Origin: Macrostomum lignano
Taxonomy: Eukaryota
Direction: 5' to 3'
Length of the DNA stretch: 42,471 nt
Assembly: GCA_002269645.1 (NCBI GenBank)
Contig: NIVC01003509.1
Span: forward strand, 1-42,471
Below are positions 1 through 10,004 of the stretch, one piece after another. Below the pieces are notes generated by a model. The model was not told the origin of the DNA, did no database searches, and worked only from the letters and a program-made list of their open reading frames with translations. Made by a program: the position numbers and the translations under genes. Within the stretch, counting starts at the first letter, position 1. Each line of letters opens with the position of its first letter.

Positions 1-951
1 TCAAATTTGGGTTTGATGGACATACTCTCGCGAGGGGGGGGGTGAACGCTCGGCTTTTCGCTCTCGTTTTCAAGCTTTTGTCTGCCTTTTCCTCGCAGCT
101 ATAGAGTTATCGTGGCCCTCTCTTCGATGTGTGTGTGGTAAGCGTTCGCATGAAATTGTCTAGGTAAGGAACTCGGGCTTGCTACACTTATTTGCTTGCC
201 TCGATTCTTATAACGCAGCTGTACATCGGATTGAGTTTCTTTGGAGAGGTTAGTAGATGAAAAATGGTATTTTCTTTCGTTCTTTGTGAATGTCAATTTG
301 GGTAGAATAGTTCCATATTCTACAGATGGTTCGGTACCTTACCCATTGATTCGTATTCGTAATGGAAAAACGGCTCTTGTTCTTGTCTTGTCTTATCTTG
401 TCTTGCTACAGGCACTTGTACCCCAGTGTCTAGAAGCGGGAATTTTAGAGTGATTGATCACCAGTCTTAATCTCTTCAGCAGTTTTTATTAACTGTGACC
501 GTATAAATAGTGACCCTGTTATATTTCAACATAAAACAAATACTATTTGGGCTCAAGTAGTTAACTAAATAGCAAAGGCATTATTGTATTGCTCTACCAA
601 TACAAAAGAATGGTCCTAGTCTAAAATTTAATCCATAAAATCTATGAAACTAATGGCATTACATTAAAATAATACATAGTACATACCGGTTCAAATTAAG
701 TTTTTTAACTTACTCCGCTAGTTGCTGTCAATGCCGAAGCATCAACAATAACAAGCTGTGCGTTTAAACTCACCAAAACAGAACCGTTCGTATAGAATTT
801 AAAGAATTTCAGCCGTCTAAAAGCCATGGTGAGGGAGAGACGACCACGACTGCCGAGCAGCGCGTGTGCTGATATAGTGTATAGAAAGGCCGCTTGTGCA
901 TGCACAGGGGTTGCTGGACTCCGGGGCATATGTGGGCAATCCAGATTGGCC

Positions 952-992
952 GAGAGGGAGAGGGAGAGAGAGGGAGAGAGAGGGAGAGAGAG
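952..992. repeat. (GA)-rich microsatellite
   Basis: gagagggagagggagagagagggagagagagggagagagagg. Confidence 0.9.
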
Positions 993-1012
993 GCTTATAG
1001 TTTTCTGTACAG

Positions 1013-1090
1013 GTCCAAGGCTTCATTCTGGATTGTGAAAGCGCTTGCCTGCAAGACTGCTGTGTTTGCTCTAAATTTCCTGCCCAATGT
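1013..1090 (+). CDS. Possible 78-nt internal exon
   Basis: ttttctgtacag| acceptor and |GTGAGT donor; two frames are open. Phase-compatible with a possible 39-nt exon at 99-137 (tttcctcgcag| ... |GTAAGC). No secure homology. Confidence 0.3.
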
Positions 1091-2115
1091 GTGAGTCAGA
1101 CTCAAAAGATTCTAGAATTCTAATCTAACTGGAAGTGAAGGCGGACCCCCCTCTTCTCAGGGGGCTTGGGGTTTGTGTTCCGCCTGTTGACCAAGTTTGC
1201 ATGTGCGCGTGACTCCAACCCCACACTTTTCAATTCCTCTTTTACATGTAGGGTGTAGGGCAGAAAGCACAGAAGATAAGGGGAGAGGGCTTGAAATTGG
1301 TCCTTCTGCTTTGCATGGGATGACTCATTGACACCTGAATAGTAGAAGAAGGTCTAGACAGGAAACAGAAAAGGAAAATGTTTATTTAGCGTACGACAGA
1401 AGGCCAAGGCCCAAAGCGAATGAGTGGGTCCACATTTTCTCCTTTGGCGCGAAACCCAGAGGTCCTCTCTCCCTCACTCTCTATTTTGAGACTGCTCCAT
1501 CTAGGGACCTTTTGGTCTCTATGTGGGTGGGTTAAGGGCAAGGAAATCTAGATCTACCAGCTGGAATACCAATTCTTGAGTGAAGATGCTCGGACCCGGA
1601 CCCTAGTATAAGCGAGCAAGTGAGAAAAAATGGGGAAGAGATGAGAGAGAATATAGGGATGAAAATCACATACTATTATACATTGTCTTTTATCATACAA
1701 AAACATACGGGTACAAATGTGCGTTGAATTTCCAGTTAGTCATCGTAATTCTGAGTCTAAAGCTGTGTGTGCACACAAAGGCAGAGCTGAGGCGGTGAGT
1801 CGCATGCATTTTTCATGATTTCAAGTTCCCTGCTTTTTCTTAGCTCTTTGTCTTTGACTTTACTCATACTAAGGACAGGTAAAATGCACTTTTCCGAATG
1901 CCATGCGGACACACCTGCCGGGCCATGTCAGATTTAGCCGACTAAATATGTTCAGTCAGCTCAGCTGCGGCAGCTACATCATCTCTATTCGTCAGTAATC
2001 TGAGAGCGATAGGAAACTCAGAGCTGTTTCCCTATTGAAGTACTCCAGTATTAATGTCACCGACGTGGAACTGGTGCTAGAAGTTCTGTGGCTAGTTCTA
2101 GTTCTAGATCTCTAT

Positions 2116-2308
2116 GGGCCGTATGCAGAAAGCTCTGTCTAGGGTAGTCCGGTCTTGAAAAGCTAGTCTGGACTTGGATTTGGTATGCAGAAACGCAAAG
2201 TTAGACCAGTCTACTATAGCAGAACTAGGCTAGCTAGACCATAGACTATAGACTGAACTACACAAGTCCGGACTAGCTAGTCTGGACTTGGCTTTCTGCA
2301 TACGGCCC
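2116..2308. mobile_element. MITE, 193 bp, PIF/Harbinger-like
   Basis: Perfect 18-bp TIRs GGGCCGTATGCAGAAAGC (2116-2133) / GCTTTCTGCATACGGCCC (2291-2308), with a 3-bp direct repeat TAT on both sides. No ORF. Confidence 0.75.
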
Positions 2309-2453
2309 TATGAGTAGGGGGATAGACGAAGCACAAGCTCGTTAGCTCAGTGCTTCAGCTTTATTTTTTGCGCTTCGGAACCAAGTCTGAGTTAAAAGCA
2401 GAGACCATAAGAATTTCATTGTCTGTGGTTAAAAAGTAAGGGAAGCGATTGCG

Positions 2454-2928
2454 CCAAGGAGTTCTATAAGTAGCAGCCTGGAGTGGAAGCGAGTTACCTC
2501 ATGAGGCGAGACCATGGATGAATAATATAACTGGATCGCCAGAAGCTCGATTTTTTTGTCCTAGCCATAGACAAGCACCAGCATCACAAGAAGCTCAGAA
2601 TGCCGTACTTTCACACATTTTCACTTATCCTACTAAGTATACTTATAAATAAAGGTTTGCAGCTTCTGCAGCGGCTATTTGTCTATGTGTGAAAGTACGG
2701 CATTCTGAGCTTCTTGTGATGATGGTGCTTGTCTATGGCTAGAACCAAAAAAATCGAGCTTCTGGCGATCCAGTTATATTATTCATCCATGGGCCAGACT
2801 AGCATAGACAGAGCCATAGACATTCTGTGCTGGCTCCTTATGTTTACAATTGGCGTGGCCTCATGACATGAGGTAAAACTCGCTTCCGCTCCAGATTGCT
2901 AATTGTAGAGATCCTTGGATTGCGCATG
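2454..2928. mobile_element. Foldback/palindromic non-autonomous DNA transposon
   Basis: Near-perfect ~107-bp inverted arms 2512-2618 / 2685-2792, plus diverged outer arms 2454-2503 / 2867-2918. Right end reads GGATTGCGCATG. Confidence 0.7.
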
Positions 2929-3030
2929 CAAGGCTTCTAGGGATTTCAGTGTACAGCCTGGGCTTCGTGTGACTCAACTTACTCAACTCAACCCTAGCAT
3001 GCCCCTTCTTCTTATCTCACTCTTATTTCT

Positions 3031-3270
3031 TTGACATTTCATTCTTTTCCGAAAGATGGAGCTCTTGAAGCTTTGTGGGTGAAAGCCAACTCAAGAAAGG
3101 ACATAGTTCCTTCCTTCCAAGCACTCGAGAATGTCCTCCCTGCACTTTGTGCGCAGTGACTTCATCGAGGAACATTCCGACAGCAATTTTCGCCGTTCGA
3201 AGAACTTTTGCACGAAGGAGCTGACAAAAGTCGAAAAGGTGCTTGAAGGACGCACTGTCAACTAGCTTTG
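3031..3270 (+). pseudogene. Degenerate THAP zinc-finger domain, probably from a P-element/THAP9-type transposase
   Basis: LTFHSFPKDGALEALWVKANSRKDIVPS; then after a 4-nt TTCC duplication (~3109-3118), KHSRMSSLHFVRSDFIEEHSDSN..; then after another shift, RCLKDALSTSF. Matches THAP consensus FPKD..W..P..CSxHFxxxDF..LKxxAVPT. The conserved Cys is Ser here. Confidence 0.6.
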
Positions 3271-3552
3271 CTAATGCATATCCTGTCGTCAAAGCCAGCC
3301 GCTGTTCGACACTGCGCTTCCATGGCAACTGCCTTTGGTCGTCTAGAAGACATGGGAGAGGAATTCGAAGATTAAGATGATACTAAAAGATACAGAGGAA
3401 CTCAAGTGGAAGGGGTGTGGCAAATATCGGAGGCTTAGCTTCATTCTTGAGCAAATCGGGCTGGCTTCTTTAGTTCAGCAGCCGACAGAATATTATTCGT
3501 CTACTTATAAAATAGTAATGCAGTTTAGATGCTCTCAGTGGATGTTTATGTA

Positions 3553-4310
3553 GAGTCATGGCATCAAAATGAGAACCATGGCATCAAAATGAGAATCATG
3601 GCATCAATATGAGAATCATTGCATCAAAATGAGAGTCATTGCATCAAAATGAGAGTCATGGCATCAAAATGAGAGTCATGGCATCAATATGAGAATCATT
3701 GCATCAAAATGAGAGTCATTGCATCAAAATGAGAGTCATGGCATCAAAATGAGAATCATTGCATCATAATGAGAATCATGGCATCAAAATGAGAGTCATG
3801 GCATCAAAATGAGAATCATGGCATCAAAATGAGAATCATGGCATCAAAATGAGAGTCATGGCATCAAAATGAGAATCATTGCATCATAATGAGAATCATT
3901 GCATCATAATGAGAATCATGGCATCATAATGAGAATCATGGCATCAAAATGAGAACCATGGCATCAAAATGAGAATCATGGCATCAAAATGAGAATCATG
4001 GCTCCAAAATGAGAATCATTGCATCATAATGAGAATCATGGCATCAAAATGAGACTTGACTTAGCTGCAGGGGGCGTCCGGCGGATGTAGCGAGGAGGCG
4101 GAGGAGACCGCCCATTTCGCTAGCCCCTGGCGACCAATGACTTCCGTTGAAGTGATGTCGCTCAGGGGGACCCGTCGGTCTCGCCTGCAGCGCGGTCCTC
4201 CTCACCGGCGGTGGGGAAGAAGTCAGCTGCATCAAAATGAGAATCATGGTATCAAAATGAGAATTATGGCATCAAAATGAGAATCATGGCATCAAAATGA
4301 GAATCATGGC
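3553..4310. repeat. 20-bp minisatellite (catggcatcaaaatgagaat), interrupted at 4055-4228 by a unique GC-rich segment
   Basis: About 25 copies in 3553-4054 and about 4 more in 4229-4310. Confidence 0.95.
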
Positions 4311-4363
4311 AAATCAAATAGAGAAATTCAAATAGTCATAGCCAAATAGACCCGCATCCGCAG

Positions 4364-4713
4364 TCAAGGCGCAGGCGTGGCTGCACTCGAGCGGTGAGCA
4401 CAGACCGGACAGTGTCCGAGAAGTCGGAGCTCACGCAGTCCAGCCCAGTGGTTGGGTGGAAAGCGGCTCTGGGGGAGCTGCAGGACTCGGACAGCAGCTG
4501 CGGAGGCGCCGCCCACAGCAGCAGCAGCAGCAGGGCGTGCGGGTGGCATGAGACCAGCGTCCACGTCGCGCACCTGGACACCCCGACAATGTGGCCAGGA
4601 GCTCCGTGCGTCCCTGCCATCGACGGGGTGACGAATTGGTCTCACCCCGGGTATGCAGCCTGGGGGAGCTGTCCCCCACTGTTGGGTTGGCGGTGGATGG
4701 CGGTTTTTACAGC
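4364..4713 (+). CDS. Probable penultimate coding exon of an unidentified plus-strand gene convergent with TIMM13
   Basis: Acceptor catccgcag (4362-4363; alternative cgcag at 4373-4374), perfect donor GC|GTAAGT at 4714, open frame with high GC3 (VSTDRTVSEKSELTQSS...WMAVFT). No family recognised. The opposite-strand frame sharing wobble positions lacks good splice sites. Confidence 0.4.
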
Positions 4714-4831
4714 GTAAGTCGGTCTGCGGAGGAGCCCTGCGCACCGGGACTCGGGTCCCCACGCTCTCTGGCCACCCGCCGCAGGCCGCAAATTGGATTC
4801 CGCCGTCTACCGCCAGTGCCCACCCGCGCAG

Positions 4832-4886
4832 AGTCAGCGCCCCGGCTGCATGGTGCTACGCACCCGGTCCCATTAGCTACGTCTAG
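4832..4886 (+). CDS. Probable terminal coding exon of the same plus-strand gene (...VSAPAAWCYAPGPISYV*)
   Basis: Phase-2 acceptor cccgcgcag| (alternative ccgccag| at 4816) is in phase with the 4714 donor. Ends in an S-x-V-COOH motif. Plus-strand AATAAA at 5630-5635. Confidence 0.35.
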
Positions 4887-5880
4887 CTACAATGTCCGTG
4901 ACCCGAAGAAGAAGAAGAAGAAGAAGCAGGGCGTGCAGCATTCTGGCAGCTTTGGCTTGAGACCAGTTAGGACCCGTGGGATTTAGTGCCAAGCTCCCGG
5001 AGACTTGATGCAGAGCAGCAAAGCAACGCGCAGCTCTGGCTTAAACAGAGTCGCGGCTATTTACATTACTCCGAGTCACTGAGCTGTAATACAAAAAATT
5101 CAGGCAGCTGCTACTGCTACGGTGGTATCAGGTATTCGCGGCCCAGAGTGCAATATTTCTGCCTCAGCTTAAACAGAATCGCAGCAATTTTTATTCCGCG
5201 CCACTGAGCTGCAGCTCGGGAAGCTGACAATACAATTGACTATGAGCAGAGCAAGAACGACAATCGATATTTATCAGCTAGCTTCGCCCCAGCCAAGCAG
5301 AATAGGCAGGCACCGAATCCATTCAACTGTTTTCCGCTACAGTCGGAAGCCAGTTCAAGCAACCATTGCCTTGGAAAAGCTACATTGGGGTAGCCCGGCA
5401 AATGATACCATTAGATTAGATTTGTCATCGGAAGCAGATGGAATGCTCATGCATCTGCCATAATCCTTTATTATGACTTGTTCACTGCGTCATCGATTTG
5501 TTTTGCAAGAAGAATCCAATTTCTCGAGAGCATGCTAAATGCACTGGCGACAAGTTCCCTACCGGCCTCCAGCTCTAAGCGAGTGTAGCCAGCGTTCAGC
5601 TGTCCAAGGCTTAAATCGAGTCAGAAGTTAATAAAGAGAAAAGATTTGAAACAAATGCGCCATGATTTTTTTAATTCGCTTCGCAGGACAGCCTGGACTG
5701 CATCAAATTTATTAATATTTTACACGCTGAAGCGCTCAATCTTCAGGTATGCGAAAATAGACTGATTGGATTAGTGTAAAAATCATAATTTAGCTAGCTA
5801 AAAGTGCAACAAACAGGACTGCAGCTACAGACAGGTGTTGAATAGTGCTGAAGCCAGCATCAGCAAGCACTGCTGTGCCT

Positions 5881-6198
5881 TCACTGGAAGGAGATGCCGC
5901 TGCTGCCGCCGCCGCCGCCGCCGCTCTCCCTGGCGATGCGGCTGCCGTACACTTTGCTGACGATGTTCCAGGTCTCCACGTACCTGTCCAGGCACATGCT
6001 CACGCACTTCTGCTCGGAGGTGGCCAGCTCCCCGCCGGGGCTGGGCACGCACTTCTCGAAGCACTTCTCCGTGGAGGTGTTCACCAGCGACTGGATGAGG
6101 TTCAGCGCCGTCTGCTGCTGAAGCTGTTCAAGGATTTGGCGCTTATCGGAGTCCGACCCGCCGCCACCGCCGACACCGCTGGAGCTGAGGCTGTCCAT
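5881..6198 (-). CDS. TIMM13: Mitochondrial import inner membrane translocase subunit Tim13 (small Tim chaperone), single exon, 105 aa
   Basis: Twin CX3C motif (CFEKC...CVSMC). TEKCFEKCVPSPGGELATSEQKCVSMCLDRYVETWNIVSKVYGSRIARE closely parallels remembered human TIMM13 ([49 protein letters not shown]). Minus-strand AATAAA at 5708-5713. Confidence 0.93.
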   Translation of the reverse strand: MDSLSSSGVGGGGGSDSDKRQILEQLQQQTALNLIQSLVNTSTEKCFEKCVPSPGGELATSEQKCVSMCLDRYVETWNIVSKVYGSRIARESGGGGGGSSGISFQ

Positions 6199-6264
6199 GC
6201 TGGCTGGGGAGCTGCGGGGGTCCGTTGCAATTTGAGCTGGGGAATTGAGACTTTCGGAGCGAAT

Positions 6265-6790
6265 GCCGAAGTAGCAAGTAAATTGGGGTTGGCGGGGATG
6301 ACCAGGGAGAGTAAATTGGGTTTATGGGGGTAGTGATGGAGAGTGTACAATCTGGTTTATGGGGGTGGTGAAGATGTACTTGGGGTTGGCCATGGAGAGT
6401 GTACATGGGGTTGATGAGGATAGCCAGGAAGAGTGTACATTAGGTACGGGGTGGTAAAAGAGAGTGTACATTAGGGTTGGCGGGGCCGGTTTCCAGGGAG
6501 TGTATATTGGGCTGGCGAGGATGGCCAGGGAGACTGTACATTGGGTTCGCGGATATGGCAAGGGAGACTGTACATTGGGTTGGCGGGGATGGCAAGGGAG
6601 ACTGTACATTGGGTTGGCGGGGTTGGCCATAGAGAGTGTACATTGGATTGGCGGGGATAGCCAGGGAGAGTGCACATTGGGTTAACGGGGATGGAAAGGG
6701 AGGGTGTACATTGGGGTTGGTGGGAATAGCCAGGGAGAGTGTATATTGAGTTGGCGGGGCCGGTGGCCAGGGAGTGTATATTGGGTTGGC
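6265..6790. repeat. Degenerate G-rich ~35-bp minisatellite (gggagagtgtacattgggttggcggggatggcca)
   Basis: Recurring gagtgtacattggg core; immediately upstream of the TIMM13 acceptor. Confidence 0.9.
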
Positions 6791-7001
6791 TAATAAATAA
6801 ACAAGCGCAGACACCAGAAGTCCAGTCGGCCCGGGAGAGGACCATTTTATTTTCTTTAATCGGCAGCAAAAACGGCAGAATTCCCGGCGCGAGCACACGG
6901 AAGGCGCGGACGCAAACAAGGAGAGGCTGAGATGCGCGCCTTGTTTTAGCCTCATGGACACAACAGACGGAACACAAAATATAGCAGGCCAACAGCAAAG
7001 A

Positions 7002-7007
7002 TTTATT
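7002..7007 (-). promoter_or_regulatory. Candidate polyadenylation signal for EIF3J
   Basis: Minus-strand AATAAA followed by a GU-rich tract (tattttgtgttccgtctgttgtgt). A second AATAAA lies at 6846-6851. Confidence 0.4.
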
Positions 7008-7632
7008 ATCAAACAAAAAAATAAACTAACACAGGTCACAGACAGGCTGGCGGAGGCCAAGATCGACAATAAATGTACTTAAATAAGATCGTCAGAATAA
7101 CAAAGGTAAGCAGAACTCATTAGATGCCAAAACCGGAGAATGGGAGAAGGGCGCGCGCGCATTTCTAAGCCAGCCGAAACTCTGACTCCCGAATGCACAC
7201 CTGGGCAATTAAGCGGACACTTAACCTGCTCACGGAATTGGAAGATGCAAAGCCGACAGCTCCATATAACAATGAACTGATAAGCAATGTTTAAGCCGCA
7301 AAATAGCACAAAATAGCAATTACAGGGTGGCTACTGGGCAGTTCAAAGGGGCAAATCGCGAAATAAGAATTCAGCTAATAAAGGGCTTGATAACAGCTTC
7401 TGGATAGATGCATTATCATATGCTAAATAGAATGAGCTGATGTTTAAACTGGATCTCATCAAATACAGGGACTCAGGATTCCGAACTTCTCAGGCGCGAA
7501 TTAAGTAGGAGAAAAAACTGCAAAACTGTACTAGCAAAACTTGACAAGAATAAAAATTCTGCAAAAATATAGTCAACTACTTCAGGCTTCCCTAAATCTC
7601 AAACTGCAGATCTGAAAATCTTCGGGTTCGTA

Positions 7633-8165
7633 GGAAATCCCCAGTTGACAAGGGAAATTCTCAACAGAAAGAGGAATCCCCAGTTGACAAGGGAAATTCC
7701 TGACGGAAAGAGGAATCCCCAGTTGCCAAGGTAAACCCTCAGTTGTCACAGGAAATCCCTTTCGGCAAAGGGAATCCCCCTGTTTCCAAGGGAAATCATT
7801 TTCGGCAAGGAAAATCCCCAGTTGTCAAAGGAAATTCCTGACGGAAAGAGGAATCCCCAGATATCAAGGGAAAACCCAGCTGCCAAGGAAAACCTTCAGT
7901 TGCCACGGGAAATCCTTTTCGGACAGGGGAATCCCTAGTTGGAAAGGGCATTCCCCAGTTTCCAAGGGAAATCCCTCCTCAGTTGTCAAGGGAAATCTCT
8001 GTCGGCAAGGGGAAACCCAATTTGGCAAGGAAAATCCACAGTTGCTAAGGGAAATCTCAAGTCAGCAAGGGAATTTCCAAGGAAATTGATTCTTGAGTGT
8101 TTGACTAAAAAACCCCAGTGCTGGCGCGAAATCCTCAGTCGACAAAGGAAATCCCCAGTTGCTAT
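7633..8165. repeat. Degenerate minisatellite (aagggaaatccccagttg core) downstream of the EIF3J stop
   Basis: Recurring ggaaatcccc/cagttg motifs. Confidence 0.85.
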
Positions 8166-8202
8166 GCAAAAGGGACTCGGCACAAGCGGAGAGATCAGGG
8201 GG

Positions 8203-8973
8203 TCACATAAAGTCGTCAAAGTCGTCATAATCGTCGTAGCCCTCGCCGTCGAGAGCCGCCGGGTCCCGCTCGACCTTCACAGTGCCCTTGGCCTTCTTCG
8301 GCTTGCCCTTAGCCGTCTTTTGCATTTTTTGTTTCTCAGTCGCCAGCGCGCCAAAAGAAGTGGAGAGGCGGCGCAGGCACTCGGGGTCCAGCTCGAGCGC
8401 GCACTCCCTGTAGACGCCTTCAATGAATCCCGGGTAGTGCGGCGAGGTCTCCAGGCTGCGCAGCTTCTGGGAGAGCAGCCGGGCCAGCTTGTCGAAGTCC
8501 TCCTTGCCGCTCGGCTGCAGCAGGTCGATTGACTTCTCCGGGATGATGCCAGCAGCCGCAGCTGCTTCGTTGACCCCGAAGGTGTCCTTGGTGATGAGCA
8601 GGTCGGACTCCTCCTGCAGCTTGCGCAGCTCCTCCGCTGTCAGGTTCTTGGCGGCGGCTCCGCCCGCCTCCGCTGAGTCCGGAGCGCTCTGCTTTTTTCG
8701 CTCTTCGACTTCGGTTTTCTTCTTCTCCAGCGCCTCGGCCAGCGCTTTTTTGCCCTTCTTCGGCTTCGTGGAGGTCGCGGCGGCGGCCGGCTTCTTGTCG
8801 GCTAAGGCGGCGGAGGCAGCCGCGGGCGCGGCCGGCTCGGCGTCCCAGGCGTCGGGCACCTCGTCCTCGTCTTCGCCCTCCCACTTGTCCGTCTTCGGCG
8901 GCACCGACAGCGGAATCAGCGAGGGCCCGCCGGCCTCCAGGGTTTCGGCTTCGTCCTCCCAGGTGTCGGCCAT
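8203..8973 (-). CDS. EIF3J: Eukaryotic translation initiation factor 3 subunit J, single exon, 256 aa (start MADTWEDE)
   Basis: Acidic N-terminus with DKWEGEDEDEVPDAWD, then LRKLQEESDL, P-x-x-KEDFDKLARLL, HYPGFIE, a Lys-rich tail and the terminal YDDYDDFDDFM, all typical of eIF3j. ATG at 8973 preferred over 9015 because the in-between sequence is a pyrimidine tract plus CAG acceptor. Confidence 0.95.
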   Translation of the reverse strand: MADTWEDEAETLEAGGPSLIPLSVPPKTDKWEGEDEDEVPDAWDAEPAAPAAASAALADKKPAAAATSTKPKKGKKALAEALEKKKTEVEERKKQSAPDSAEAGGAAAKNLTAEELRKLQEESDLLITKDTFGVNEAAAAAGIIPEKSIDLLQPSGKEDFDKLARLLSQKLRSLETSPHYPGFIEGVYRECALELDPECLRRLSTSFGALATEKQKMQKTAKGKPKKAKGTVKVERDPAALDGEGYDDYDDFDDFM

Positions 8974-9137
8974 GCGAACTGCAGCTGGTGCGGCTGCGGG
9001 GTCGGGGGGAGGCATAATTTGTCTACCTGCTTTGGGAGTTACCGGCAGCCTCTATGACTTTCCTATAGATAATTTAGGGATACTAAACAAAAGAGATCTT
9101 AAAGCAGGGCTTGAAATGCCAACTCTCGTAAAAAGTC

Positions 9138-9373
9138 ACTGACAGTCAAGTGTCACCGACAGTCAAGTGTCACCGATAGTCAAATGTCACTGACAGTCAA
9201 ATGTCACTGACATTCAAGTGTTACTGACAGTCAAATGTCACTGACAGTCAAGTGTTACTGACAGTCAAATGTCACTGACAGTCAAATGTCACTGACAGTC
9301 AAATGTCACTGACATTCAAGTGTTACTGACAGTCAAATGTCACTGACAGTCAAGTGTTACTGACAGTCAAATG
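9138..9373. repeat. 17-bp minisatellite (actgacagtcaaatgtc)
   Basis: About 14 copies between MRPL38 and EIF3J. Confidence 0.95.
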
Positions 9374-9734
9374 ACGGTATCCTGGTTTGTTTGATCAATC
9401 TCTAATTACTTAACTAACCGAATACTCCAGCCAGCTATTTATCGGACAGAGATGTACTTTGAAATGAAACGACAAGCAGAGACGACAAGCAGTTAAAGGC
9501 TCAACAGCAAAGCTGCAGGTGAGCACACGTGTATTTCCAGTCAATGAGCCTCAGGTTGAGTTCATGACAATGGAAGCGAATATTTTTAGTATTTGAAACT
9601 CTACAGCACAGTGAATTGCTGGTATGCATGTGGCTAAAACACTGGACAAAATGCCATCTTCTACGCTGCATCGCAACTTATACTGCTGGACAAAGCAATG
9701 AGTAGTCAGCAAAGGATTTTTATAAAGAATTTTG

Positions 9735-9942
9735 CTAATCGAGGTCGCGCCACTGCCCTTGGCGCAGAATCTTCTGAGCCTCTCGCTCCTTCAGCCAGCT
9801 GGGCTGGTAGCCCTCGGCCGGCACCGCCAGGGGATACTTGGACTCCGGCCTGCGGCGGCCCAGGAACGGGTGCACTGACTTCAGCTTCTCCTTCAGGGTC
9901 TCCTCGGCGATGTCCTTGGTGTCCCGGTACTTGTCCAGGTAG
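9735..9942 (-). CDS. MRPL38: MRPL38 exon 4 of 4 (68 aa plus TAG); not in the supplied ORF track
   Basis: Acceptor cccgcccag|C TAC completes ...EPFNL-YLDKYRD..., ending WLKEREAQKILRQGQWRDLD*. Phase matches exon 3. Whole protein is 434 aa. Confidence 0.9.
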
Positions 9943-10004
9943 CTGGGCGGGTGGAGTGGGATGACCAGGTATAGCTAGGAAATAATGTACATCTAGTGAG
10001 ATTC

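Noticed and set aside
241-453. ORF containing LVDEKW, resembling the mariner DEKW catalytic motif
   Set aside because: Only a 4-residue match; no further DDD motifs, TIRs or extended frame.
4336-4620. Minus-strand coding exon of a fifth operon gene
   Set aside because: High GC3 is shared with a plus-strand frame that has canonical splice sites; the minus frame lacks a good donor and has an upstream stop.
5845-6333. Plus-strand 162-aa ORF
   Set aside because: Antisense shadow of GC3-rich TIMM13. The same applies to 7939-8532, 8489-9142 and 11795-12622.
8974-9015. N-terminal extension MPPPDPAAAPAAVR of eIF3j
   Set aside because: Overlaps a pyrimidine tract and CAG acceptor; MADTWEDE matches the usual eIF3j start.
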